Below are positions 29,928 to 38,513 of a DNA stretch of 64,000 nucleotides, one piece after another. Position numbers and translations under genes: made by a program. The notes under the pieces were generated by a model, which worked only from the letters and a program-made list of their open reading frames with translations, ran no database searches and was not told the origin of the DNA. How positions within the stretch are numbered: the first letter of the stretch is position 1; the number at the start of each line of letters is the position of its first letter. The stretch comes from Promethearchaeota archaeon (GTDB lineage Archaea > Asgardarchaeota > Lokiarchaeia > Sigyniarchaeales > SOKP01), in contig JAEOSU010000025.1 of the NCBI GenBank assembly GCA_016840165.1, forward strand, positions 1 to 64,000, written 5' to 3'.

Positions 29928-31310
29928 TTGGTAGATATTTCTCAGCCTCACCGTGAATTTCAAAGGAATAGTGAAAGGGAATTAGAAAAGTATGTAGGCA
30001 TTAGTGTCTATTCTTCCTCCCATTTGAAAGGAGTAGGGGGTATATATAAATATAGCTACAAGGATTTCATCGTAAAAGAAATAAACGGAGAAGGAAAGAT
30101 ATTCGAAATTAAAGAAGATGTTCCAATTTCTATTTATGATGAATCAAGTCATAACTATACGACTTTTAATCTAATAAAGATTAATAGGGACACTTTTGAA
30201 ACTGTAAGGATCTTAAGCCGATTGTTAGATGTACCAGTCGATAGTATTCACTACTGTGGATTAAAAGATAAACTTTCATTGAGTGTTCAACAGTTTTCCA
30301 TTCGAGGTAATTATGTTAATAAATTGAAAAAATTTAGGTATAAAGATGTTTTTGTTAGGAATATCACTCCAACAAAAAAACCAGTGAAAATTGGAAGCAA
30401 TTGGGGCAATAACTTTAATATCACTATAAGGGATATCGATCCTGGACAGAAAAAGTTAGAGACAATTCAAGAGATCTTAAAAATTTTACATAAATACGGT
30501 TTTCCTAATTACTATGGACTGCAGAGATTCGGTACTTTTAGACCAAATTCGCATTTAGTGGGCAGGTACATTCTTGAAGAAAAGTATAAGGATGCTTTTG
30601 AGGAGATGGTATTAACAACCTATTCCACTGAGGACTTAAAGAGTCAAAAAATTCGGGAAAAGCTTAGGAAGACAAGGGATTATGGAAATTTACTGAAGAA
30701 AATTCCCAATAGCTTAAATTATGAAAAAATGTTATTAAAATCCATCATTGATCACCCTCATAATTATGAAAGAGCTATTAAAAAGTTGCCTTCTTATCTA
30801 TTAAGGCTTCTAATTAGCTCTTTTCAATCCTATCTTTTTAACAAATTAATAACCTTACGGGTGAAAAATGGTTTTTCCTTATTTCAACCAGTAAGTGGAG
30901 ATGTAATTGGTATATTAGATGAAGAGAATGGCCATCTAACGAAAGTTAAATATTTATATGGAAGAACATATGATAAATATTTGGATGAAGCAATCTCTCT
31001 TGATAGAGCACGAATTGTAATTCCACTCATAGGTTACGACACAATAACTGACGAATTCCCATTGTTTAATCAGTTGTTAAGAGATTTATTGATTGAAGAA
31101 GATATTAAACCATCGATATTTGAGAATTCATTATTAAGAGAATTTGATTTCAAAGGCGCTTATCGATCTATGATGGTTAAACCAGTTGGATTAGAGCTAC
31201 TAGATTTCGGAAAAGATGATGTGTTTAAAAATAAAAATAAACTAAAATTAGAGTATTCACTTAAAAAAGGATCGTATGCAACCATGCTCTTACGGGAGTT
31301 AATAAAATAA
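29928..31310 (+). CDS. truD: tRNA pseudouridine(13) synthase TruD
   Basis: DFIVKE, GLKDK, GNNF.I.IR, FPNYYG.QRFG, G.YR, L.KGSYAT.LLRE. Confidence 0.95.
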   Translation: MVDISQPHREFQRNSERELEKYVGISVYSSSHLKGVGGIYKYSYKDFIVKEINGEGKIFEIKEDVPISIYDESSHNYTTFNLIKINRDTFETVRILSRLLDVPVDSIHYCGLKDKLSLSVQQFSIRGNYVNKLKKFRYKDVFVRNITPTKKPVKIGSNWGNNFNITIRDIDPGQKKLETIQEILKILHKYGFPNYYGLQRFGTFRPNSHLVGRYILEEKYKDAFEEMVLTTYSTEDLKSQKIREKLRKTRDYGNLLKKIPNSLNYEKMLLKSIIDHPHNYERAIKKLPSYLLRLLISSFQSYLFNKLITLRVKNGFSLFQPVSGDVIGILDEENGHLTKVKYLYGRTYDKYLDEAISLDRARIVIPLIGYDTITDEFPLFNQLLRDLLIEEDIKPSIFENSLLREFDFKGAYRSMMVKPVGLELLDFGKDDVFKNKNKLKLEYSLKKGSYATMLLRELIK

Positions 31311-31313
31311 TCT

Positions 31314-32825
31314 CTAAATTTCGATGATATAATCTTTTTCCGATTCATGACCTATAATATTTACCACCTTAATTCGAACTTTATATGTTCCAGTCTCCTT
31401 AAAATTAAAAATTTTAGAGCATAAACGCAATTGTCTATTTTTTGGATTTCTATAGGCGGTCCAATCACAATTGATATGGTCTACTTGAAAATTGAAGTCA
31501 ATACACCAATAATCTATCCAATCAGAAAAGTGTGAAATTTTTTGAATAATTTTAGGGTTAAGATATTGAGTATATGGAATCTTATAATTAGATAGAGTAA
31601 TTTGGATAGAATCTTCTTTAGTTTCAATTGAAACATCGAAATCTGGTTTTTTATAAGTTATTAATTCAGGGATAGATGATGCATTAGGATTAAGGTATTC
31701 TCCCGGAATATGAAAATCATTTTCATTATTATGGATTTTTGATAATTTAAAAGGCTTAAACTCTTTTTTGTATTTCTTTGACCAATTAAACAAATCATTA
31801 CTATTTTTGACATCAAGCATCCTCTTTCGACAAATATGTATTGATTGAGGTGTGATATCACAGCCAATCCATCGTCTTCCTAACTTTTCCGCTGCCAATA
31901 ACGCAGTACCCGTTCCACAAAAAAAATCAGCAACTAAATCATTTTCATTACTTGATGCTAATATTATCCTTTTTAATAATCGTTCCGGCTTCTGAGTGGA
32001 AAAACCTTGATATTCTGAAGTGTTTGCTCGAATATAAGGAATATCAGTCCATACATCTCTGGGAAATATTCCGTCACTTTCAACATATACTTTCCTTGAT
32101 AACTTCTTTCCATTATGACTTCCACCACGATAGTAAAACAAACCATTTTCGTCCTCTTTTAGAGCTGTTTTTACTCGATCAGAGTATTCCATATAAATAT
32201 GAGGATCATCTCTAAAAATGTACTTATCAGATTTAGTATAAAAAAAAATTGTATCATATGAGCGGATATAAAATTTTCTTGTTTTAACTGATGCGGCCGG
32301 ATACGCCCATATTATTTCATTTCTAAAATTGTCCTCACCAAAAACTTGGTCAAGGAGAATTTTAATATAATGACTGACATGCCAATCTAAATGAAGATAA
32401 ATACTACCAGTTTTAGATAAGAGTTCCTTTATTAGAATTAACCGTTCATAAATAAAGTTTATATATGACTCTAATCCTCCATCCCATGAATCGGAATAGG
32501 CTTTTGAGACGTAGGTATTTTTTTCTCCAATAAATGTTTTAAAATGGAAATCTCCTCCTGTAAAAAATGGTGGGTCAATATAAATTAAATCAATTTTTTC
32601 TTTGAAACTTTCCAGAAGTGATTGCATAACGTATTTATTATCCCCTTGAATTAATAGATTCATCCAATCAGGAGAAACTACTTGACTTTCTATATCTTTT
32701 GACAAAATCACCCTATTCTCTGAAGCACAATGGATTTCAACGATTTGAAGAGACTTGAATAGATTTGAGTCAAATAATTTTTCACGATTAAATTCAAGAT
32801 TTATATTTGAATTTAAAAATGGCAT
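31314..32825 (-). CDS. Site-specific N6-A/N4-C DNA methyltransferase (beta class, Mod-like), orphan
   Basis: IYIDPPF, TQKPERLL.RII, DFFCGTGT; ATG at 32825 avoids overlap with aspS. Confidence 0.9.
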   Translation of the reverse strand: MPFLNSNINLEFNREKLFDSNLFKSLQIVEIHCASENRVILSKDIESQVVSPDWMNLLIQGDNKYVMQSLLESFKEKIDLIYIDPPFFTGGDFHFKTFIGEKNTYVSKAYSDSWDGGLESYINFIYERLILIKELLSKTGSIYLHLDWHVSHYIKILLDQVFGEDNFRNEIIWAYPAASVKTRKFYIRSYDTIFFYTKSDKYIFRDDPHIYMEYSDRVKTALKEDENGLFYYRGGSHNGKKLSRKVYVESDGIFPRDVWTDIPYIRANTSEYQGFSTQKPERLLKRIILASSNENDLVADFFCGTGTALLAAEKLGRRWIGCDITPQSIHICRKRMLDVKNSNDLFNWSKKYKKEFKPFKLSKIHNNENDFHIPGEYLNPNASSIPELITYKKPDFDVSIETKEDSIQITLSNYKIPYTQYLNPKIIQKISHFSDWIDYWCIDFNFQVDHINCDWTAYRNPKNRQLRLCSKIFNFKETGTYKVRIKVVNIIGHESEKDYIIEI

Positions 32826-32912
32826 GATTAATCGATAATAAGATAGCAAAAAATTTATTGTTATTTTCCTTCTCAAATTTAATTTAAGCAACAACTTAGT
32901 TTGAATCGAAAC

Positions 32913-34235
32913 ATGACATTTGAAGAAATTGGCGAGTGGAGAAAAACACATTATACTAATGAAATAACTCCAAAATTAGTGGATCGAGAAGTAATTCTTG
33001 GAGGGTGGGTTAGAAATTTCCGAGATCTTGGTGGGATGAGATTTATCATCTTACAGGATAAAATGGGAGAACGTCAAATAACTCTAAAGAAAGGGGAGGT
33101 ATCTGACAATTTATTTGAGAAAAGTAGGACGGGATACCAATATTGTATCATGGTCAAAGGTAGAGTCAAAGCATTTAAGGCAGCACCGGGGGGAGTGGAA
33201 ATTATACCCTCAGAAATTAAAATTCTAAATCAAACGCCTGAAAAGCTCCCAATCGATATGTCGGGAGAAACAATATCAGAATTGGACCTAAGGTTAAACC
33301 ATCGGGCATTGGACTTGCGATCGAAGCGAAATGAAGCTATATTCAAAATTAGAGCTCAACTATTAAAAGGAATACGAAATTTTCTTTTCGAACGTGACTT
33401 TACTGAAATTACTACCCCTAAAATTATCGGTTCGGCTACAGAAGGTGGTACTGAATTATTTCCAATAATGTATTTTGATAAGGAAGCTTTTTTGACTCAA
33501 TCTGCACAACTTTATAAAGAACAACTTAGTGGTGTTTATGAGAGAGTCTTTGAAATTAGTCCATGTTTTCGGGCAGAAAAGAGTCGAACTAAGCGACATA
33601 TTTGTGAAATTTTTGTTTTGGATGTCGAAATCGCTTTTAGTGATATGCATGATGTTCTTAAACTGCTTGAAGAGTTAGTATATTATATTATTAATGATAT
33701 AAGAGAAAAGCAAATGCCCGCGTTGAAATTTTTAAATATGGAGAAAAAAACTATATTACCAGAAATACCTCTCGAGAGATATAAATATGATGAAATTATA
33801 GAATTATTGAAATCTAAATTTAATATTGATATGGAGTGGGGGGAAGATATTTCGACAGAAGCTTACAGAAAGTTAGGTGAAGAACTGCCATATTATTATT
33901 ATATCACTCATTGGCCTATGAGTATCAAACCATTTTATATAATGCCCTCTAAAGATGGAAGATATAGTGAGTCTTTTGATTTACAAATGGGAATGCTAGA
34001 ATTGACTTCAGGGGGAACTCGAGTACACGATAAACAAATGTTAATTGATGCAATTGAATCAAAAGGATTAAATCCAAAATCATTTGAATCGCACTTAAAC
34101 GCATTTGATTATGGTATGCCGCCTCATGCTGGTTTTGGATTAGGTGTCGCAAGATGGATAACCTTCTTATGCGGATTAGATGACATAAGAGAAGCGGTAA
34201 TGTACCCTAGAACTCCAGATCGCTTAATTCCATAA
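32913..34235 (+). CDS. aspS: Aspartate--tRNA(Asp/Asn) ligase, archaeal type
   Basis: GWV...[39 protein letters not shown]. Confidence 0.96.
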   Translation: MTFEEIGEWRKTHYTNEITPKLVDREVILGGWVRNFRDLGGMRFIILQDKMGERQITLKKGEVSDNLFEKSRTGYQYCIMVKGRVKAFKAAPGGVEIIPSEIKILNQTPEKLPIDMSGETISELDLRLNHRALDLRSKRNEAIFKIRAQLLKGIRNFLFERDFTEITTPKIIGSATEGGTELFPIMYFDKEAFLTQSAQLYKEQLSGVYERVFEISPCFRAEKSRTKRHICEIFVLDVEIAFSDMHDVLKLLEELVYYIINDIREKQMPALKFLNMEKKTILPEIPLERYKYDEIIELLKSKFNIDMEWGEDISTEAYRKLGEELPYYYYITHWPMSIKPFYIMPSKDGRYSESFDLQMGMLELTSGGTRVHDKQMLIDAIESKGLNPKSFESHLNAFDYGMPPHAGFGLGVARWITFLCGLDDIREAVMYPRTPDRLIP

Positions 34236-34246
34236 AATACTAAGAA

Positions 34247-35173
34247 ATGATAAAGATGAATGAATTTAATGTAGAATCATATATTAAAGCAGGAAAAGCT
34301 GTTATCGCAGCGAAAAAGCTTGCACGAGAATTAGTAGAACCAGGTGCTCTTTTTCTCGAAATCGCGGAAAAATGCGAAGATGAGATAATTAAACATAATT
34401 GTGAATTATCATTTCCAATAAATATGTCGTTAAATGAAGTTGCTGCCCACTATAGTCCACCAATAAAGGATAATACCATTGTACCGGAAAAAGGTCTTTT
34501 AAAAATTGATCTCGGGTCACACTATAATGGATTCATCGCTGATAGTGCATTCACTATTAATTTAGATGGAGATAGTGAACTTCAAAAAATAATTGATGCT
34601 GCCGATGAAGGTTTAAAAGCAGCTATCGAGATTTTTCAACCTGGAACTAAACTTTATGAACTTGGAGAAGCTATTCAAAAAAAGATAAATAGTTTTGGAC
34701 TCAATCCAGTTAGAAATCTCGGTGGCCATGAGTTAAAAAGGTTCAATCTACATGCTGGGCCTTTTATTCCTAATGTAAAGGATATGCAACATAATCAAGA
34801 GTTAAAACCGGGAGTGGCATACGCGTGCGAACCTTTTGCTACTCCAGGAGATGGTTGGGTGAATAATGGTTCGTCATCATATATTTTTCGTTTAATTAAG
34901 AAACTTAAGAAAAATATTCCATATCAAGAACTTAATTATATTAATAAAATTGAAAAAATAACGCATAAACTTCCTTTTTCACCTCGCATCCTAGCCAAGA
35001 ATAAAGTTATGCCCACAAATCAAATAGAGCGATATGTAAACACATTTCTGCGTAAGAATGTCATAATGGAATATCCTATATTAATTGAGCAGAGTCGAAA
35101 ATTTGTATCACAACAAGAACATACTATAATTATTGATATGGATGGAAATCCAATTGTTACCACGCAAGAATAA
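34247..35173 (+). CDS. map: Type II methionine aminopeptidase
   Basis: FPIN.S.NE.AAHYSP, KIDLG.H..G.IADSA, NLGGH, LHAG, EPFAT, Q.EHT. Confidence 0.95.
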   Translation: MIKMNEFNVESYIKAGKAVIAAKKLARELVEPGALFLEIAEKCEDEIIKHNCELSFPINMSLNEVAAHYSPPIKDNTIVPEKGLLKIDLGSHYNGFIADSAFTINLDGDSELQKIIDAADEGLKAAIEIFQPGTKLYELGEAIQKKINSFGLNPVRNLGGHELKRFNLHAGPFIPNVKDMQHNQELKPGVAYACEPFATPGDGWVNNGSSSYIFRLIKKLKKNIPYQELNYINKIEKITHKLPFSPRILAKNKVMPTNQIERYVNTFLRKNVIMEYPILIEQSRKFVSQQEHTIIIDMDGNPIVTTQE

Positions 35174-35993
35174 AGATCCCGAGCGAATAATAGCTGTTAT
35201 TTTATGTGCAGGAAAAGGAACCAGAATTAAAGATACATTCCCATCGACTCCGAAATCATTAATCAAGATTAAAGCGTTTAATAACGAGCCAATTTTAGGT
35301 AATTTAATTTCTAATCTATTAGATTTAAAGATAAATTTAATAGATATTGTAATAGGATATCTAGGTTTTCAGATTGAAGAATATATTAATTTTCTTAAAG
35401 AAACGGGAGAAAAGAAATATAGGATTATATCTATAATTGACTCTGAAAAGGAATACCAAAAAGGCCCTCTTTATTCATTTCTAAGTATATATAAAAATTT
35501 TGACAAATATTCATTAAATGATGTATTCCTTGTTCTTCCAGGAGATACTATCTTTAGTAATAGTTTACTAAAAGATGTTCTTTGGGTTATATCAAATCAA
35601 CATGATAGATTTCAGGTAGTTCCAGCAATCTTTTATCAAAATATAAAGAAAGATGACCTTATACAGCTTAAACAAGTTTCATATTCGATATTAGAATCTC
35701 TTCCTGAAAAGGAAGGGCTTTATTTTATTAAATCTATTGAAAGGGAAAAAATTAATCAGAGTATAGATTACATTAAAAAAGTGGTTCCAATTGTATGCTT
35801 TCCTTATCAAATAATTAAAAATTTCCTTAATAAAGCATTTAAAATGAATTTTACATCGATTAGAGAGCTGATAAACTTCTTAATAAAAGAAAAAGGTCAA
35901 AAATTTGAGTTTTATGAGCTTAGTTCAAAATATAAATTCTTCGATATTGATTCTGAAAGAGATTTTACGAATTTCAAAAAAAGTGGACAATAG
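35133..35993 (+). CDS. NTP-transferase domain protein (start uncertain, overlaps map)
   Basis: ILCAGKGTR, PKSL, PGD, FDID. Confidence 0.8.
   Translation: MIWMEIQLLPRKNKDPERIIAVILCAGKGTRIKDTFPSTPKSLIKIKAFNNEPILGNLISNLLDLKINLIDIVIGYLGFQIEEYINFLKETGEKKYRIISIIDSEKEYQKGPLYSFLSIYKNFDKYSLNDVFLVLPGDTIFSNSLLKDVLWVISNQHDRFQVVPAIFYQNIKKDDLIQLKQVSYSILESLPEKEGLYFIKSIEREKINQSIDYIKKVVPIVCFPYQIIKNFLNKAFKMNFTSIRELINFLIKEKGQKFEFYELSSKYKFFDIDSERDFTNFKKSGQ
35976..35982 (-). terminator. Oligo-T (T7) terminator of the putative ncRNA
   Basis: Seven A on + strand, 1 nt beyond the 3' strand of the terminal helix. Confidence 0.5.
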
Positions 35994-36474
35994 TTGCTCC
36001 GATTATCTCAGAATTATTGATTCAATGGATTCATTGCAACTTTACTCCAATGAAGCTAATCCTGAATCAAAGCTCCTATATTTACCTTTTTAATACATCG
36101 TATTCATCGACTAGATGTCTTGTGTATTAAAAAAACTACTCATTCCTCAACAAGATGTTAAGTATTCGAGCTTCTAGTAAACGCGTTAATTCTATTATTT
36201 TCTTTCTCGATCACTTTGGTGTAAAAAAGTCTCCAAAGTACAATACTAATTAATTGCTTTTTTGTATTTAGAATCTTTATATCTTGATATTACAGCTAGA
36301 AGCGCTTTTTTAAAAAAATTCAAACATGATTTTTAGGTTTTGTCGGTATGAAAAGAAATATACTGGGTTTCAAAAAAAGACCAGATATTAAAACGATTTA
36401 AATTATCAGATAACAACTAGTACGCTGTTTAATATGCTGTACAGTAATCTAAACCAATGCTATACTATTGTCCA
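35984..36474 (-). ncRNA. Putative ~490-nt structured non-coding RNA of unknown family
   Basis: 11-bp terminal inverted repeat (35984-35994/36464-36474), at least 7 internal stems, G-U pairs on the minus strand, upstream TATA, downstream T7, no credible ORF. Confidence 0.7.
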
Positions 36475-36495
36475 ATAGTAAAATGGTAATTCGAC

Positions 36496-36503
36496 TATAT
36501 AAA
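36496..36503 (-). promoter_or_regulatory. Archaeal TATA box (TTTATATA) for the putative ncRNA
   Basis: ~23 nt upstream of the 5' GG of the terminal helix, with an A-rich BRE-like flank. Confidence 0.55.
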
Positions 36504-36622
36504 TGTTATTATTAAATATATTTTAAGAAGATAGTGCAGCAAAAATTGATTCTATATTTATTTTATAAGGTAACTGGCATTTATAAGAGTATAAATAGAG
36601 CTATAAACTATATTTATAAAAT

Positions 36623-37018
36623 ATGTCAAGTAGTCAAGAATACCTAATCAAAATTGATCTCTTTGGAATTGGTAGATTACATGGTCAAATTATACGACAT
36701 TTAGCACCCTTATCTGCTGATGCTGTGCTAGATAAATTACCATTTGTTTTAAGAGGAAGATTCAGTTTTGGTTCAAAATCCTATTGGACACTTCCAGGTA
36801 TGGAATTATATAAAGGACCAAATCCTAAATCGAGTAACATTGCTAAAAAAGGAGATTTGATATATAATCCAAAAACAGATGAATTAATTATCGTGCTAGA
36901 AGATATTAAAATGGAAAACAAGATTAATAAGATTGGTGAAATAACTGATAATCTTGAACTAATAATACACGCAAGAAATGGATTAAATACAAAAATATCA
37001 AGAAGAACTTTAGAATAA
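36623..37018 (+). CDS. Cyclophilin-like fold protein
   Basis: RHLAP.S...L..LP, GD..Y.P, N.IG pattern. Confidence 0.7.
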   Translation: MSSSQEYLIKIDLFGIGRLHGQIIRHLAPLSADAVLDKLPFVLRGRFSFGSKSYWTLPGMELYKGPNPKSSNIAKKGDLIYNPKTDELIIVLEDIKMENKINKIGEITDNLELIIHARNGLNTKISRRTLE

Positions 37019-37036
37019 AAGAACTAGCCCAGAATT

Positions 37037-37867
37037 ATGACCGTTCCAAGAAAATTAATAATTGTATTTAGCTTTTTTTATGTGGCAGTATTCATTTACT
37101 TATTTTTATTTCTAACTATCCCTGAAATCCAAAATGCTATTATAGAAGCAAGGAGAGATATTGGCCAGGTAACTGAAGGAGGCAATTATATTTTTGCACT
37201 TTTTATATCTTTATTTATATGTTTTATTGGAAATGCAAGTATAGGTTTTCCCGTTCCCTACCCTTTTGTATTATTTTCATTTTCCAATTCAATTTATTTG
37301 AGATTTAGTTCTTTAGGATTGTTAATCGATCAGATATTACTTAGTCCTTCATTTTGGCTCGAATTAGTTGGGCTTGTTATAGCAGGAGGATTAGGAAGTG
37401 TATTAGGGGAGTTGATGGGTTTTTTAGTAGGGATTGGGGCAAAAAAAATTGCTGAGAAAAAATCCTCACCAACATTTGAAAATGTTCAAGGTTTTGGGAA
37501 ATTTGTGTTAGAACATCCTAAAAGCACGTATTTTTACATATTCTTAGCTGCTGCTCTACCTATTCCAGACGATCCACTTTGGATTGCTTTAGGAATGTCA
37601 AAAAGGAGAATTCATATTGGGAAATGTGTATTTTGGGGGTGGTTAGGTAAAAATATAACAACATTATTCTATATTTCTCTCCCTATATTAATTGTTTTAG
37701 GTTTAAATGCTACGGGAATTGAAATAGGGGATATTTCGAGCGTTATCACTGAATCCGTGATGCTTCTTATTACAATTAGCATTATGTTCTTCATACTCAG
37801 CTTTAACTGGGACAAATACCTAGAGAAGAGACGTGAACAGAAATTAAATAAGCAATCAAATTTCTGA
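37037..37867 (+). CDS. VTT/DedA (SNARE-associated-like) membrane protein
   Basis: GNASIGFPVPY, GLGS.LGE..G..G.G, A.LPIPDD...I.LG, GK. Confidence 0.8.
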   Translation: MTVPRKLIIVFSFFYVAVFIYLFLFLTIPEIQNAIIEARRDIGQVTEGGNYIFALFISLFICFIGNASIGFPVPYPFVLFSFSNSIYLRFSSLGLLIDQILLSPSFWLELVGLVIAGGLGSVLGELMGFLVGIGAKKIAEKKSSPTFENVQGFGKFVLEHPKSTYFYIFLAAALPIPDDPLWIALGMSKRRIHIGKCVFWGWLGKNITTLFYISLPILIVLGLNATGIEIGDISSVITESVMLLITISIMFFILSFNWDKYLEKRREQKLNKQSNF

Positions 37868-37887
37868 TCAACTATTCTTGTTTTTGC

Positions 37888-38052
37888 TTATTTATTATTT
37901 TTTAAACAATTTTTACATACAAATACTACTTTCTGCTTATTTTCTGATTGCTCCGAGAAGTAGATTCGTTTGTATATAAAATCTCCGCAAACGGCGCATG
38001 GAGTTGCTGTTCTGGTCTCAGCTAAAACTGGGCCTAATTTTTCAAAAGACAT
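37888..38052 (-). CDS. Small Cys4 zinc-finger protein, 54 aa (not in ORF track)
   Basis: Own translation: MSFEKLGPVLAETRTATPCAVCGDFIYKRIYFSEQSENKQKVVFVCKNCLKNNK; fills the gap downstream of alba. Confidence 0.7.
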   Translation of the reverse strand: MSFEKLGPVLAETRTATPCAVCGDFIYKRIYFSEQSENKQKVVFVCKNCLKNNK

Positions 38053-38057
38053 ATTTA

Positions 38058-38129
38058 ATACTTATATCGCTTTTTCTAATGTAATTTCAATATATACTTA
38101 TATCGCTTTTTCCAATGTAATTTCAATAT
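38058..38129. repeat. 36-bp direct tandem duplication (2 copies, 1 mismatch) of the alba 3' end
   Basis: atacttatatcgctttttc(t/c)aatgtaatttcaatat at 38058-38093 and 38094-38129. Confidence 0.9.
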
Positions 38130-38412
38130 TTGAAATTAGATCTTTATTATTTTTGCTTTTTTTTTTGTTATAATTCCTATATTGCCTCCTATTAAAAAAA
38201 GGTCGACTCCCAAGCGAAATATTAGATATTTCTACTCCAGGATACATTCTGCTCTTCAATATTTCCGCGACTTCCACTGCAGTAGATATTTCATCGCCTT
38301 CACCCTTAATCAATAAGGATTTTGTCCCACCTGAAAACGCAAATATTGCATCTTTAATTGTTTTATCTTTTTCTGACCGATTTTTTATAATGAGCGTTGT
38401 TTCATTAGTCAT
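38098..38412 (-). CDS. Alba-family nucleic-acid-binding protein (divergent)
   Basis: IKG.G..IS.AV.VAE, I..I.LGS, IS.IEI.L. Confidence 0.8.
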   Translation of the reverse strand: MTNETTLIIKNRSEKDKTIKDAIFAFSGGTKSLLIKGEGDEISTAVEVAEILKSRMYPGVEISNISLGSRPFFNRRQYRNYNKKKSKNNKDLISNIEITLEKAI

Positions 38413-38513
38413 AGGAGATCCTCATAAGAAAAGACTATTCATGTTCTTTCAAAAGAAGTCTAATTTATATTTATATAGCAATAAATAAAAAACTTATTCA
38501 TATTTCTCAGATT

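Noticed and set aside
32826-32951. N-terminal extension of the methyltransferase in the ORF track
   Set aside because: Overlaps divergent aspS; ATG at 32825 is more plausible
35905-36093. 62-aa ORF overlapping the NTP-transferase end
   Set aside because: No motif, overlaps a real gene and lies antisense to the structured RNA candidate
35984-36474. Identification as RNase P RNA, SRP RNA, tmRNA or group II intron
   Set aside because: GAGGAA, UGAAA and AGAAA-like words occur but in the wrong order, with no P4 partner; no SRP helix-8, T-arm or D5 motif. Not excluded without a covariance-model search
38058-38129. CRISPR-like repeat (36-bp unit)
   Set aside because: Only two abutting copies, no spacer, derived from alba coding sequence, no cas genes
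37970-38173. 67-aa plus-strand ORF with a repeated peptide
   Set aside because: Antisense shadow of alba, the duplication and the Zn-finger gene
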